Notes: a model not told the origin generated them from the sequence alone. Shown: positions 22,757-32,295, numbered from the stretch's first letter. The stretch: DNA of 64,000 nucleotides from Rhodoluna sp. (GCA_044373385.1 JBILQF010000003.1:29409-93408), one strand, 5' to 3'. A program made the numbers and translations.

Positions 22757-24021
22757 GTACAGAGAAATACACCGAAATCGATAAGGAAAGATTCCTTACC
22801 GAAGAAGGTTCTGGACGCAGTGCTAGAACCGAGTTCGCTAGAGATAGAGCAAGAGTTACTCACTCATCCGCGCTTAGAAGACTTGGAGCGAAGACTCAAG
22901 TTCTGCAGCCAGGGTCGAATGATTTCGCTAGAACCCGTCTAACTCACTCGCTAGAAGTTGCTCAAGTTGGTCGAGAGATGGCAGTGGAGTTTGGAATTGA
23001 TCCAGACATTGTTGACACCGCTTGTCTTGCTCACGATTTAGGTCATCCACCTTTTGGACACAATGGTGAAAAGGGCTTGAACGAATGGGCTAAGGATTTT
23101 GGTGGCTTTGAAGGTAATGCTCAGACACTTAGATTGCTAACGCGTATCGAACAAAAGGTTTATAGCAAAGATGGTGTTGCATTTGGTTTGAATCTAACCA
23201 GAGCAAGCCTTGATGCTAGCTGCAAGTATCCATGGACTAGAGAGTTTGCTGTTCAAGATACAGGAGCAGATAGATCAATCAAGTTCGGTGTTTACGAGGA
23301 TGATGTTCCAGTATTTGAGTGGCTAAGACTTGGCGCTAAAGAACGAGTCAAGTGCTTTGAAGCCCAGATCATGGATTTTAGCGATGACGTTGCGTATTCA
23401 GTTCACGATTTTGAAGATGCAGTCGTTGAAGGATTCATCAAGCTAGAAGAACTTAAGGGTTCATCCCAGGAGTCAGCTATTGTCAAAGAAATTGAAAGAT
23501 GGAACGGTAGCCGTATCTCATCAGATGATCTAGGTGCTGCTCTAGATAGATTGCAGGCAAACCAGTACTGGCTGGATAGCTATAGCAAGACTCCACGTGA
23601 AGCAGGTCAGCTCAAGAACTTGACTTCATCTGTCATTGGTTCATTCGTGTCTAGAACTACTCAGGCCACCTTCCAAGCAAATGCAGACTCACTGTATGCA
23701 AGATATGCGGCTGATGTGGTGGTGCCACTAGAGGTGGAAGCAGAGATTGCAATCTTCAAAGGCTTAGCTTCATACTTCCTAATGTCACTAGATGAGCGAG
23801 TTGGTTACTACGAAGAGCAGAGAGCACTGCTTAGAGAGTTGGCCGATGTTCTGCTTGCCTCTAACGGTAAACACCTAGATGGCTACTCACTAGACGCCTG
23901 GAACAGAGCTTCAAATGATTCACAAAAACACCGTGTGATTGTTGATCAGATTGCTGTGTTGACAGATGCAGCTGCAGTAAAGATGCACGAAGAATTAGTT
24001 CTTAAGAGAAGTGCCAACTAA
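22753..24021 (+). CDS. dgt: dGTPase-like triphosphohydrolase (HD domain)
   Basis: RLTHSLEVAQVGR...AHDLGHPPFGH HD motifs. dgt-dnaG synteny. Confidence 0.85.
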   Translation: MSTEKYTEIDKERFLTEEGSGRSARTEFARDRARVTHSSALRRLGAKTQVLQPGSNDFARTRLTHSLEVAQVGREMAVEFGIDPDIVDTACLAHDLGHPPFGHNGEKGLNEWAKDFGGFEGNAQTLRLLTRIEQKVYSKDGVAFGLNLTRASLDASCKYPWTREFAVQDTGADRSIKFGVYEDDVPVFEWLRLGAKERVKCFEAQIMDFSDDVAYSVHDFEDAVVEGFIKLEELKGSSQESAIVKEIERWNGSRISSDDLGAALDRLQANQYWLDSYSKTPREAGQLKNLTSSVIGSFVSRTTQATFQANADSLYARYAADVVVPLEVEAEIAIFKGLASYFLMSLDERVGYYEEQRALLRELADVLLASNGKHLDGYSLDAWNRASNDSQKHRVIVDQIAVLTDAAAVKMHEELVLKRSAN

Positions 24022-25904
24022 TGGCAGGCCGTATTCCCACTCGCGACATAGAAGCGATCAAGCAAAGAGTAAACATTGCCGACATCGTTGGCGAGTATGT
24101 TCAGCTCAAGGGAGCAAGTGTGGGCTCTTTAAAGGGCCTATGTCCGTTCCACGATGAGAAGTCACCATCTTTCAACGTAAGACCTGACCAAGGTTTCTAT
24201 CATTGCTTTGGTTGTAGTGAAGGCGGGGATGTATACAAGTTCCTTCAGAAGATTGAGAACATCACTTTCTACGAAGCAGTTGAGAAGTGTGCATCAAAGA
24301 TTTCTTATGAAATTACTTACGAAGCGGGTAGTAACCGAGACGAAGGTGTCAACAGAGCGCGACTTCTCGCAGCCAATGAAGCTGCCGCTAAATTCTTTGC
24401 TACATCTCTTACAACTCCAGAAGCTCAGACTGCGAGAGATTTCCTTTCCCAAAGAAAGTTTGATCAGCAAGCTGCTGAGTACTTCGGTATTGGTTATGCA
24501 CCTAAAGGCTGGAATAGCCTTGGCGAAGCCTTGAAGAAGGAAGGCTTCACAGAGGAAGAACTTGTGAAGGTTGATCTTTTGGTAGCCAAAGAGGGTCGAA
24601 CCTATGACAAGTTCAGAGGAAGACTGGTCTGGCCGATTAGAGATGCAACAAACGCAGTTATTGGCTTTGGTGCTCGAAAGATATACGAAGATGATCCACT
24701 AGCTAAGTACATCAACACAGGGGAGACTCCGGTCTATCACAAGTCACAAGTTCTATATGGCTTGAACCTCGCTAAGAAAGACATCGCTAAGAACCGTCAG
24801 GTAGTAGTTGTCGAGGGTTACACAGACGTTATGGCCTGTCATCTGGCTGGCATTACAACAGCGGTTGCTACCTGTGGAACTGCTTTTGGTGATGACCACA
24901 TCAGGAAGATTAATCAGATCTTTGGAACTGGGGGAGAGTCAGCTGAAGTTATCTTCACATTCGACCCTGATGCTGCCGGTCAAAAAGCAGCTATGAGAGC
25001 CTTTGAATCATCAGGAAAGTTCATTGCTTCAACATTTGTTGCTGTTGGCCCAGAAGGTTTGGATCCATGCGACCTACGTATTCAAAAAGGTGACGCTGCT
25101 GTTCAAGAGATGATTTCAAATAAGAGACCGATTTATGAATTTGCTCTGGATCAGAAGATACAAGGCCATGATCTAAGCTCATTCCCTGGCAGGCTATCTG
25201 CCGCTACCGCTGCCGTTACCGTTCTTGCTAGAATTTCTGATCTTGGAGCAAGAGAAGAGTATGTGCGTTCACTTGCTGGAAAAGTACAGCTTGGTAACGA
25301 TGAAATCAATCGCCTACTAAGCGCTGAACTTACCAAGCAGAGAGCAACCGCTGTTGCTAATTCAAGACGTGGAGAAAGCTCTTATCTTCCACCAGAACTA
25401 AACCCTGGTGATCCACCTCCGCCAGAAGATGGTCCAGAGTTTCCAATGCCTAACTTGCAGGACGCTAACACTCGTCTAGAGCAAGAAGTGCTTGCTGTTT
25501 TACTTCAAGTTCCAACCGCTTGGTCACCGGAAGCTGCTCTGCAGATTTGTGAAAACATGTTTGGTACTCCTGCATACGTAGTAATCGCTCAGTCGGCAGC
25601 TCAGTCAATTGGTTCGATTCATCAGCCGGATTGGTTCAATCAAATTGGCTCAAAGACTCCGGATGTATTACATGGATTAGTTAGACAGTTGGGAAGCAAA
25701 GAACTTCCGGTGTCAACTCCTGATGAGATTCAGGCTTACGCAGTTGGTGTTATTGCAAGCGCTCAACGTAAGATGCTCACAAGACAAAGAGATTCAATGA
25801 GAGCAAACCTTTCTCAGATTAGTTCTGAAACTAACTCCGAAGAGCACACTCTCATGCAAAGACAGCTAATGGCAATCGAAGCGCAGATTAGAGAACTTCG
25901 ATGA
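24021..25904 (+). CDS. dnaG: DNA primase
   Basis: CPFHDEKSPSFNV..YHCFGC zinc finger, TOPRIM VVVEGYTDVM, C-terminal helicase-interaction region. Confidence 0.95.
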   Translation: MAGRIPTRDIEAIKQRVNIADIVGEYVQLKGASVGSLKGLCPFHDEKSPSFNVRPDQGFYHCFGCSEGGDVYKFLQKIENITFYEAVEKCASKISYEITYEAGSNRDEGVNRARLLAANEAAAKFFATSLTTPEAQTARDFLSQRKFDQQAAEYFGIGYAPKGWNSLGEALKKEGFTEEELVKVDLLVAKEGRTYDKFRGRLVWPIRDATNAVIGFGARKIYEDDPLAKYINTGETPVYHKSQVLYGLNLAKKDIAKNRQVVVVEGYTDVMACHLAGITTAVATCGTAFGDDHIRKINQIFGTGGESAEVIFTFDPDAAGQKAAMRAFESSGKFIASTFVAVGPEGLDPCDLRIQKGDAAVQEMISNKRPIYEFALDQKIQGHDLSSFPGRLSAATAAVTVLARISDLGAREEYVRSLAGKVQLGNDEINRLLSAELTKQRATAVANSRRGESSYLPPELNPGDPPPPEDGPEFPMPNLQDANTRLEQEVLAVLLQVPTAWSPEAALQICENMFGTPAYVVIAQSAAQSIGSIHQPDWFNQIGSKTPDVLHGLVRQLGSKELPVSTPDEIQAYAVGVIASAQRKMLTRQRDSMRANLSQISSETNSEEHTLMQRQLMAIEAQIRELR

Positions 25905-26821
25905 CCATCGATAAGTCTTTAGTGACTATCGCTCCTAAGAGTTTTCCAGCTTATGAAGAGGCTGTTCTAGAAAGCGGTTCAGTTTTATCACCGATGAACG
26001 AAAACGTTGGTGCTCTAATCTGGACTGATTATTCAGATCCAAAGGGTTTGGAACAAGTGCTCAAGGAGAATCCTCAGCTTGAGTTCGTTCAGTTACCTTT
26101 TGCAGGTGTCGATGCCTTTCAGAATGTTCTCCAATTTCCAGTTCGTTTTGCTTGTGCAAAGGGTTCATATCGAGAGCCTGTAGCCGAACATGCTCTTATG
26201 TTGGCAATGGCCTTGGGAAGAGTTATTCCTGAACGAGTTAGAGCGAATAGTTGGGGTAGAAAGTTTGCAGCATCTTTGTATGACGCAAACATCCTGATTG
26301 TAGGTGCCGGTGGAATCACGGAAGAGCTTCTGAAACAACTATCACCATTCAGATGTGATGTAACTGTGGTTCGTAACAAGGCTGATCATTTCATAGGTGC
26401 TACGCGAACCGTTCAATTGGATCAACTTGACGAACACCTTGGCCAAGCTGACTGGGTCTTTCTAGCTTGCTCATTAACAGAGAGCACCAGAGGTTTATTT
26501 GATCTCGGCAGGTTCAAGAAGATGAAGCCTTCTGCTTACTTCGTAAATGTAGCCCGAGGAGCTGTTGTGAACACTTTGGACCTTGTCACAGCGCTGAACG
26601 AGGAGATTATCGCTGGGGCAGGCTTAGATGTCACCGAGCCAGAACCACTCCCTGACGGACATCCTCTATGGAGCGCCAAGAACGTTATTGTGACGCCTCA
26701 CACTGCTGACACCAATGCTCAGGTTCTGAGGCTGTTCTCTATACGAATCAGAGAGAATCTAGCCGCATACAAGGGCCTAGGGGACTGGGTTGGCCTAGTT
26801 GATCCTGAACTTGGCTACTAA
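25901..26821 (+). CDS. D-isomer-specific 2-hydroxyacid dehydrogenase family protein
   Basis: ILIVGAGGI Rossmann motif, NVARG, TPH catalytic region. Confidence 0.8.
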   Translation: MTIDKSLVTIAPKSFPAYEEAVLESGSVLSPMNENVGALIWTDYSDPKGLEQVLKENPQLEFVQLPFAGVDAFQNVLQFPVRFACAKGSYREPVAEHALMLAMALGRVIPERVRANSWGRKFAASLYDANILIVGAGGITEELLKQLSPFRCDVTVVRNKADHFIGATRTVQLDQLDEHLGQADWVFLACSLTESTRGLFDLGRFKKMKPSAYFVNVARGAVVNTLDLVTALNEEIIAGAGLDVTEPEPLPDGHPLWSAKNVIVTPHTADTNAQVLRLFSIRIRENLAAYKGLGDWVGLVDPELGY

Positions 26822-26855
26822 TTGAGCTAGGGCAAGAAAAAGCTCAAAGTTTTTG
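26822..26855 (+). terminator. Rho-independent terminator after the dehydrogenase gene
   Basis: ttgagct-N12-agctcaa, a 7 bp stem followed by agtttttgg. Confidence 0.55.
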
Positions 26856-26884
26856 GTAAAGTATGAAAGTTGCTTAGGCAGCAT

Positions 26885-26960
26885 TCCTCGGTAGCTCAAT
26901 TGGCAGAGCAATCGGCTGTTAACCGATAGGTTCTTGGTTCGAGTCCAAGCCGGGGAGCCA
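26885..26960 (+). tRNA. tRNA-Asn (anticodon GTT), CCA encoded
   Basis: Hand-folded cloverleaf: acceptor tcctcgg/ccgggga, D stem gctc/gagc, anticodon stem atcgg/ccgat with loop ctGTTaa, T arm cttgg-ttcgagt-ccaag, then g-cca. Confidence 0.9.
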
Positions 26961-26986
26961 TTTCATGAAGCCCTTCAGGAGACCAG

Positions 26987-28240
26987 ATGTTTCTTTGGAT
27001 TCGCGACCAGTCATGGCTCCCAACTAGCATTCTCGCTCTCTCATGCCTTCTCATCTTCGGCGGCATTGATTTTATGCTTCAAGGCGTTGAGGCCGTTCCA
27101 GCTGCTGTCGTTCTAGCAGCTTCCCTCGCTGTCTCAAGAGCCATGCCATATGTCTCAATCGGGCTATTCTCTATCGGGATTTTCATACCAATTTATCTTG
27201 GAATCGAAAATCAGATTTCTCAGATTTCCATCTCAATAAGCCTTTTGATACTTGCTGCGTTTGCTTCCACAACTGCACGTTGGATCGGCTTTTCCCTAAA
27301 CATTCTTTTGGGTACAATCACATACTTCTGGCTGATCTTTACTCTTCCAGAACAAGGAACATTCTATGGACTAGAACTTCCATCAGACGAGGCGAAAGCG
27401 GTTCTTGCAATAGCCGGATTCGTTGCTTTGATTGCAGTGAATGCGAACGCGTGGTTTGTCGGCAGACTTCTCTATACCCGCATCACGCACGTAGGTACCG
27501 ACTTTGACAAAGCTATTTTGACTCATCAAATTGTGACTAGCCAGCTAGCTCTAGCTGAGCAAGATAGAAGATTCGGTATTGCAAGAGATGTTAATGACAT
27601 TTTGCTTGAACAGGTTGGAACAACAATGGCTTCAACCGAAGCAGGAATATATGCAGCTAAGACTGACCCAACTATTGCTCCACGGTTACTTGAATCTCTT
27701 TTAGATGGTGTCAAGAAGTCTTACGCGGAAATTAGAAGGTTGAGTGATCTTCTTGGGCTGCAGAAAGAAAAAGCACTAGCTCTGCCTGGTCTTCGAGATC
27801 TAAACGCGTTGCTAGTCTCTTTCCGTGAGTATGGCTTCAGAATCACTTTCAGAGAGCAAGGAGAACCGCTTAAGTTAGTTGCTGGTGCTGATCTAATTCT
27901 TTACCGCATTGTTTTTGAGTCACTCGACAACATCAGAAAGCACACTCCTCTAGGAACAGAGGTAGATATCGACTTTGTTTGGCAAGGTAAAGCCATGCAG
28001 ATTGTTATCAAAGACAATGGGGAAGAGACTCTTCGCGCTCAAGAACAAGACATCACAGGTTACACAGTCGAGGACGACAAGAAAGCCTTAGTTGAGAGAC
28101 CAGTTGGGGCTGGACTAACAGCAATGCAGGAAAGAGCCGCTTTATATCAAGGAACTATGGACTTCGTTCGAGTTCCAGGAGTTGGCTTCTCAGTTTCAGC
28201 TGCTTTCCCAACTATTGGCAACTACGCCGAAGGTAAGTAG
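26987..28240 (+). CDS. Membrane sensor histidine-kinase homologue (HisKA_3 + HATPase_c) lacking the phospho-accepting His
   Basis: About 5-6 TM helices. H-box aligns as RFGIARDVNDILLEQ against the family consensus RIARE(L/M)HDvvaH. N box ESLDNIRKHT and G2 box GAGLTAMQERAALYQG are present. Confidence 0.75.
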   Translation: MFLWIRDQSWLPTSILALSCLLIFGGIDFMLQGVEAVPAAVVLAASLAVSRAMPYVSIGLFSIGIFIPIYLGIENQISQISISISLLILAAFASTTARWIGFSLNILLGTITYFWLIFTLPEQGTFYGLELPSDEAKAVLAIAGFVALIAVNANAWFVGRLLYTRITHVGTDFDKAILTHQIVTSQLALAEQDRRFGIARDVNDILLEQVGTTMASTEAGIYAAKTDPTIAPRLLESLLDGVKKSYAEIRRLSDLLGLQKEKALALPGLRDLNALLVSFREYGFRITFREQGEPLKLVAGADLILYRIVFESLDNIRKHTPLGTEVDIDFVWQGKAMQIVIKDNGEETLRAQEQDITGYTVEDDKKALVERPVGAGLTAMQERAALYQGTMDFVRVPGVGFSVSAAFPTIGNYAEGK

Positions 28241-28912
28241 TTGCACACTCTTCGAATAGCGCTACTCGGTGGCTCTGATTCCGCAAGAGCGGCCAAGAGA
28301 GCTGCTCTTGAAGTTGGAGCTCAGTGTCAAGTGGTGTTTGATTCTGATGGTCATGGTTTACTTCCACAGCAATTCTTAGACATCAACTACGACATCGCCA
28401 TAATCGAACAGAGACTAGGTAGTCAGTCTGCTTTTGATTACATCAGAGCACTTCACGCCTTAGCTGTTGTCAATCAAGTGAGTATTGGGCGGATACTCGT
28501 TGGGTCTCAGTTTCATGAAACCCAGTTGAGAGTTACAGCGATTGAAGCTGGAGCTGTTGACTGTGTATTTGTTAGCGATGGACTTGAATCACTCATCAAT
28601 AAAGTTCTTGCCTGTGCCGATGTGAATGTTGACTTCGCCATAAGAGAGCTTTTACCTCAGCTTGGAGATTTAACAATTAGTCAAGAAGGTTTCCAGAACG
28701 CATCGGTCGCACTTGACACCTTAGATTCCAAAGAGCAAAGAGTTGTCAGATCTTTCTGCCAGCTAAAAGAGATTTCCGAAATAGCAAATGAGTCCAGAGC
28801 ATCAATAGTGAAAATCAACGCAACACTTCTAAAAGTACAGAAACTTCTTGTACTTCAGACCAGGTCTCAGTTGATTTTGAGAATGTATCGTCTCGGGGCT
28901 TTAGCCTTCTAG
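28241..28912 (+). CDS. NarL/LuxR-type regulator with degenerate (pseudo) receiver domain
   Basis: The receiver-like N-terminus has LLGGSD where DD is expected, IAIIEQRL where the phospho-Asp is expected, and no conserved Lys. C-terminal GerE/LuxR HTH: KEQRVVRSFCQLKEISEIANESRASIVKINATLLKVQKLL. The TTG start abuts the kinase stop. Confidence 0.7.
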   Translation: MHTLRIALLGGSDSARAAKRAALEVGAQCQVVFDSDGHGLLPQQFLDINYDIAIIEQRLGSQSAFDYIRALHALAVVNQVSIGRILVGSQFHETQLRVTAIEAGAVDCVFVSDGLESLINKVLACADVNVDFAIRELLPQLGDLTISQEGFQNASVALDTLDSKEQRVVRSFCQLKEISEIANESRASIVKINATLLKVQKLLVLQTRSQLILRMYRLGALAF

Positions 28913-29467
28913 TTTTTCTTGGCCTGGAAGCCAAGACAATCCATCTTTGCCCCAACCTCGCTCTTCAATAATTTCCTTGGCTTCAGCTTTGTATTCTTCG
29001 TTTAGTCTGTCGACGTAGAGAGTTCCTTCAAGGTGGTCAAATTCGTGCTGGAAGATTCTTGCAAACCAACCCTCTGCTTCAATGTGGACTGGGTTCTGAT
29101 CTAGATCTACGCCAGTCAGGGTTGCTTTGTTTGCTCTCTTGAGTGGGAATCTTTCCCCTGGAACACTTAGGCAACCTTCGGAATCTGCTTCCCAATCTGG
29201 TTCCTCTGTAGGAATCTCAGAAATGACTAGAGTCGGGTTAATAACGACACCTCGCTGCTCAGAACCATCTTCCGCATCCCAGTCATATACAAAAATGCGA
29301 AGGTTTACCCCTATTTGCGGAGCGGCAAGTCCAACACCAGGGGCTTCGTCCATGGTTTCATACATGTCCTGAACCAATTGTCTAAGGGCATCGTCAAAGA
29401 CGGTAACTTCTTGGGCTCGGGTGTGCAGGACTGGATTACCTGTAATGCAGATCGGTCTTATGGTCAT
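28901..29467 (-). CDS. def: Peptide deformylase
   Basis: GVGLAAPQIG, EGCLS, HEFDHLEG metal-binding motifs. Confidence 0.95.
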   Translation of the reverse strand: MTIRPICITGNPVLHTRAQEVTVFDDALRQLVQDMYETMDEAPGVGLAAPQIGVNLRIFVYDWDAEDGSEQRGVVINPTLVISEIPTEEPDWEADSEGCLSVPGERFPLKRANKATLTGVDLDQNPVHIEAEGWFARIFQHEFDHLEGTLYVDRLNEEYKAEAKEIIEERGWGKDGLSWLPGQEKLEG

Positions 29468-29547
29468 TGCTCAAATTTACCCTAAGTCGTTATGGTCCAT
29501 GGTTGGGTAGGCTAGGGGAGTAGGAGCAAAAAGGAGCCGGGGACCAC

Positions 29548-30474
29548 TTGAGAATTTTAGCTATTGGGCTAGCCCTGTTGTCAGCGGTGTTGCTAGCTGT
29601 CGGCACTCAATTACAAAATGGCGCTGTTGGTGATCAAAAGAAAGCTGCTCTTTCTGGTAGATCACATCTAAAGCTCAATCAACTTGCCCATCTGTTTAGA
29701 CGCCCTCAGTGGCTCACAGGTCTGGTGTTAACTATTTTCGCGCTTGGTCTTCAATTCACGGCTCTGCTTCTTGCTCCATTGATTTTGGTGCAACCTATTG
29801 GAGCAATCGCATTGGTAATAACCTCATTACTAAATGCCCGCATCACAAAAACCAAACTAAACAAGGCATCGGTGCTAGCTATTGTTCTTTGCACAACCGG
29901 TCTTGGTGCATTCGTTGTCATGGCAGCTAACTTTGCGAAAGAGCCACCAATCGACGACAGTGCTTTGCTGATGATTTTGATAATGGCAATTCTGCTCATT
30001 GTCACATTTGGTTACATCTTTGCAAGAGGAGCAGCAAGGTTCAAACCAATCACATTCATTCTTGGTGCTGGAGCTTTGTTCGGATTTGTTGCAACATTGA
30101 CCAAGGTAGTTATAAAGAGACTTTTCCAACAAGACGGCTTCAACAGGCTAATCACGTTCCAAGCCGAATTGGTAACCGATGGGTTAACCCTTTTGGCACT
30201 GGCCTGCATGTTGGCGGCAGGACTTCTGGGAGCTTGGTTTGTTCAAAATGCCTATGCTTCAGGCCCTCCTGATCTCGTGATAGCAGGGCTTACCGTTATC
30301 GACCCACTTGTTGCTGTGAGCATCGGTATTGTGCTTCTAAATGAAGCTATGAGCGCTCCTTGGCCAGTTATTCTGGGCTTTGTAGCTTCAGGAGCTATGA
30401 GCGTTGTGGGAGTTTTCTTACTCTCAAAGGTCCATCCTGAGATAATCAAAGAGTCGAACAAGGCTCTGGGGTAA
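29548..30474 (+). CDS. Polytopic membrane protein, DMT/NIPA-like (function unknown)
   Basis: About 9-10 hydrophobic helices over 308 aa. I recognise no catalytic motifs. Confidence 0.4.
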   Translation: MRILAIGLALLSAVLLAVGTQLQNGAVGDQKKAALSGRSHLKLNQLAHLFRRPQWLTGLVLTIFALGLQFTALLLAPLILVQPIGAIALVITSLLNARITKTKLNKASVLAIVLCTTGLGAFVVMAANFAKEPPIDDSALLMILIMAILLIVTFGYIFARGAARFKPITFILGAGALFGFVATLTKVVIKRLFQQDGFNRLITFQAELVTDGLTLLALACMLAAGLLGAWFVQNAYASGPPDLVIAGLTVIDPLVAVSIGIVLLNEAMSAPWPVILGFVASGAMSVVGVFLLSKVHPEIIKESNKALG

Positions 30475-30528
30475 ACTTGGATTAGACCTCTAGGTCACAA
30501 GTTCAATTACAAAGACAGGTTTCCAGCC

Positions 30529-31986
30529 TTGGCTCAATCAACAAGACATCCAGGACACCCCCTTAGGGTCCTAATCACATCTGACACCTTCCCACCTGAC
30601 ATTAACGGTGCAGCTCGATTCACTGAGCGTTTAGCCGGTGGACTAGTTAGAAACGGAAATGTCGTTCACGTCATTGCGCCTTCATTCAACAAAACTTGGG
30701 GTACATCAACAGAGATTATCGACTCTGTTCCAATGACAGTTCATCGCATTCGAAGCTATAAAGTTCCTTTCCACAAGACACTCAGATATGTGAACCCTTT
30801 CACTTTGAGAAAGAAAGTGGATCTAATCCTCGATGGTTTCGAACCAGATGCCATTCACTCTCAGTCACATCTGATTCTTGGTCGCATCTGTATGAGAAGT
30901 GGACTTCAAAGAAACATCAGACTTGTTGCAACCAACCACATCATGCCTGAGAACCTTCTCCGCTATCTTCCGCTTCCTAAGTTCCTAGAGAACAAGTTCA
31001 AGTCAAAGCTTTGGAAAGATGCAGGTAAAGTTCTAGCAAACTTCGACCACGTCACAACGCCAACCAGAAGAGCAGCAGAACTTTTGGAGAAGGCTGCTGG
31101 CATGAGCAACGTTCTTGCTATTTCTTGTGGCATTGACGCTACTAACTTCACAAACACGACTCCTACTTCAAACAAGCCATTCAGGATCTTGTTTCTAGGT
31201 CGTCTGGACTGGGAGAAGCACATTCACAACCTGCTCAATGCTGTCGCGAAGCTACCTAAGGAAATCGATGTTTATGTTGAAATCGCAGGCGATGGCAACC
31301 AACGTAAATACCTAACTGAACTCGCTATCGATCTTGGTATTGCTGAAAGAGTCATGTTCCTAGGCCATATCTCAGAAGAAGAACTTCCATTGGCATACGA
31401 GAGAGCAACAGTGTTTGCCATGCCATCTATCGCTGAACTCCAGTCAATCGCGACCATGGAAGCTATGGCTTCAGGTAGACCAGTTATTGCTGCCAATGCT
31501 ATGGCCTTGCCTCACTTGGTCCACGATGGCGATAACGGCTATCTATTCGAGCCTGACGATGTTGATCAGTTCACAGAATGCCTACTCAAAGTTGCAACAG
31601 CTGATCAGGAAGAGCTGAATCGTCTCTCCGAGAACTCCATTCACCTCATTCAGTCCCACGACATCAAGAAAACACTGGCTATTTTCGAGGGCCTATACAG
31701 GGGAGATCAGGACGCTAGACGAGAAAGCGATGACAACCTTGAGGACTATAACAACCCAATTGGTCGCTTGAGCGAGGCTGTGAGAAGAGCAGAACTTAGG
31801 GTTCGCAGACAGGCACTGGTTGCTCTCGGAAAGATAACAGAGCTAGGGGATGACATCAAGGACGGTCTCGATGAACTCAGGGCTGATGTTGTCAAACAGG
31901 CTAAGAAAGTGGACCGTAAGGTCAGAAAAGGCGTAAAAAAGACTGTAAATAACGCCAAGAACAAGTTAAAACGTACAGACGAATAA
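30529..31986 (+). CDS. GT4-family (GT-B) glycosyltransferase with about 100 aa charged C-terminal extension
   Basis: RVLITSDTFPPDINGAARF N-terminus. The C-terminal half has the EX7E-type region FAMPSIAELQSIATMEAMASGRPVIA. The tail is rich in K/R/D/E. Confidence 0.8.
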   Translation: MAQSTRHPGHPLRVLITSDTFPPDINGAARFTERLAGGLVRNGNVVHVIAPSFNKTWGTSTEIIDSVPMTVHRIRSYKVPFHKTLRYVNPFTLRKKVDLILDGFEPDAIHSQSHLILGRICMRSGLQRNIRLVATNHIMPENLLRYLPLPKFLENKFKSKLWKDAGKVLANFDHVTTPTRRAAELLEKAAGMSNVLAISCGIDATNFTNTTPTSNKPFRILFLGRLDWEKHIHNLLNAVAKLPKEIDVYVEIAGDGNQRKYLTELAIDLGIAERVMFLGHISEEELPLAYERATVFAMPSIAELQSIATMEAMASGRPVIAANAMALPHLVHDGDNGYLFEPDDVDQFTECLLKVATADQEELNRLSENSIHLIQSHDIKKTLAIFEGLYRGDQDARRESDDNLEDYNNPIGRLSEAVRRAELRVRRQALVALGKITELGDDIKDGLDELRADVVKQAKKVDRKVRKGVKKTVNNAKNKLKRTDE

Positions 31987-32000
31987 ACTAGTGGTGGTTG

Positions 32001-32077
32001 GGGGAGTTAGCTCAGCCGGTTAGAGCAGCGGACTCATAATCCGTCGGTCGCGGGTTCAAGTCCCGCACTCCCCACCA
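32001..32077 (+). tRNA. tRNA with CAT anticodon (elongator Met, or Ile2 if lysidinylated), CCA encoded
   Basis: Acceptor ggggagt/actcccc, D stem gctc/gagc, anticodon stem gcgga/tccgt with loop ctCATaa, T arm gcggg-ttcaagt-cccgc. Lacks the initiator-type GGG/CCC anticodon stem. Confidence 0.85.
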
Positions 32078-32281
32078 CTTTGTTCGAAGAAGACAACCAA
32101 TGTAAACCTTTTTAGGTTTAGGCGCATTCATTGTTAATCGAGTTATTTCGGTCTTTCCTCTTTAGTTCCGTGTTCGCAAAGGCAACTGCAGGGGCTCTAG
32201 TACCCTGTTTTGGCGAGCAACGTGGATAGTACAGTCTCGAATCGAGGTCCGAGAATGATTTAAGGTCAATGACTTTGTGTA

Positions 32282-32295
32282 TGTAATCGTTATCA
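32282..32295 (+). promoter_or_regulatory. LacI/GalR-type (cre-like) operator upstream of the glucan-binding protein gene
   Basis: tgtaatcgttatca fits TGWAANCGNTNWCA at every position. It overlaps a possible -10 (tatcat/cataat) and lies 117 nt upstream of the ATG at 32412. The 11-mer atgtaatcgtt recurs inverted at 33899-33909. Confidence 0.55.

Noticed and set aside
26934-27116. 60 aa ORF overlapping the 3' half of tRNA-Asn.
   Set aside because: It overlaps a well-folded tRNA and the start of the kinase-like gene, so it is an artefact of ORF calling.
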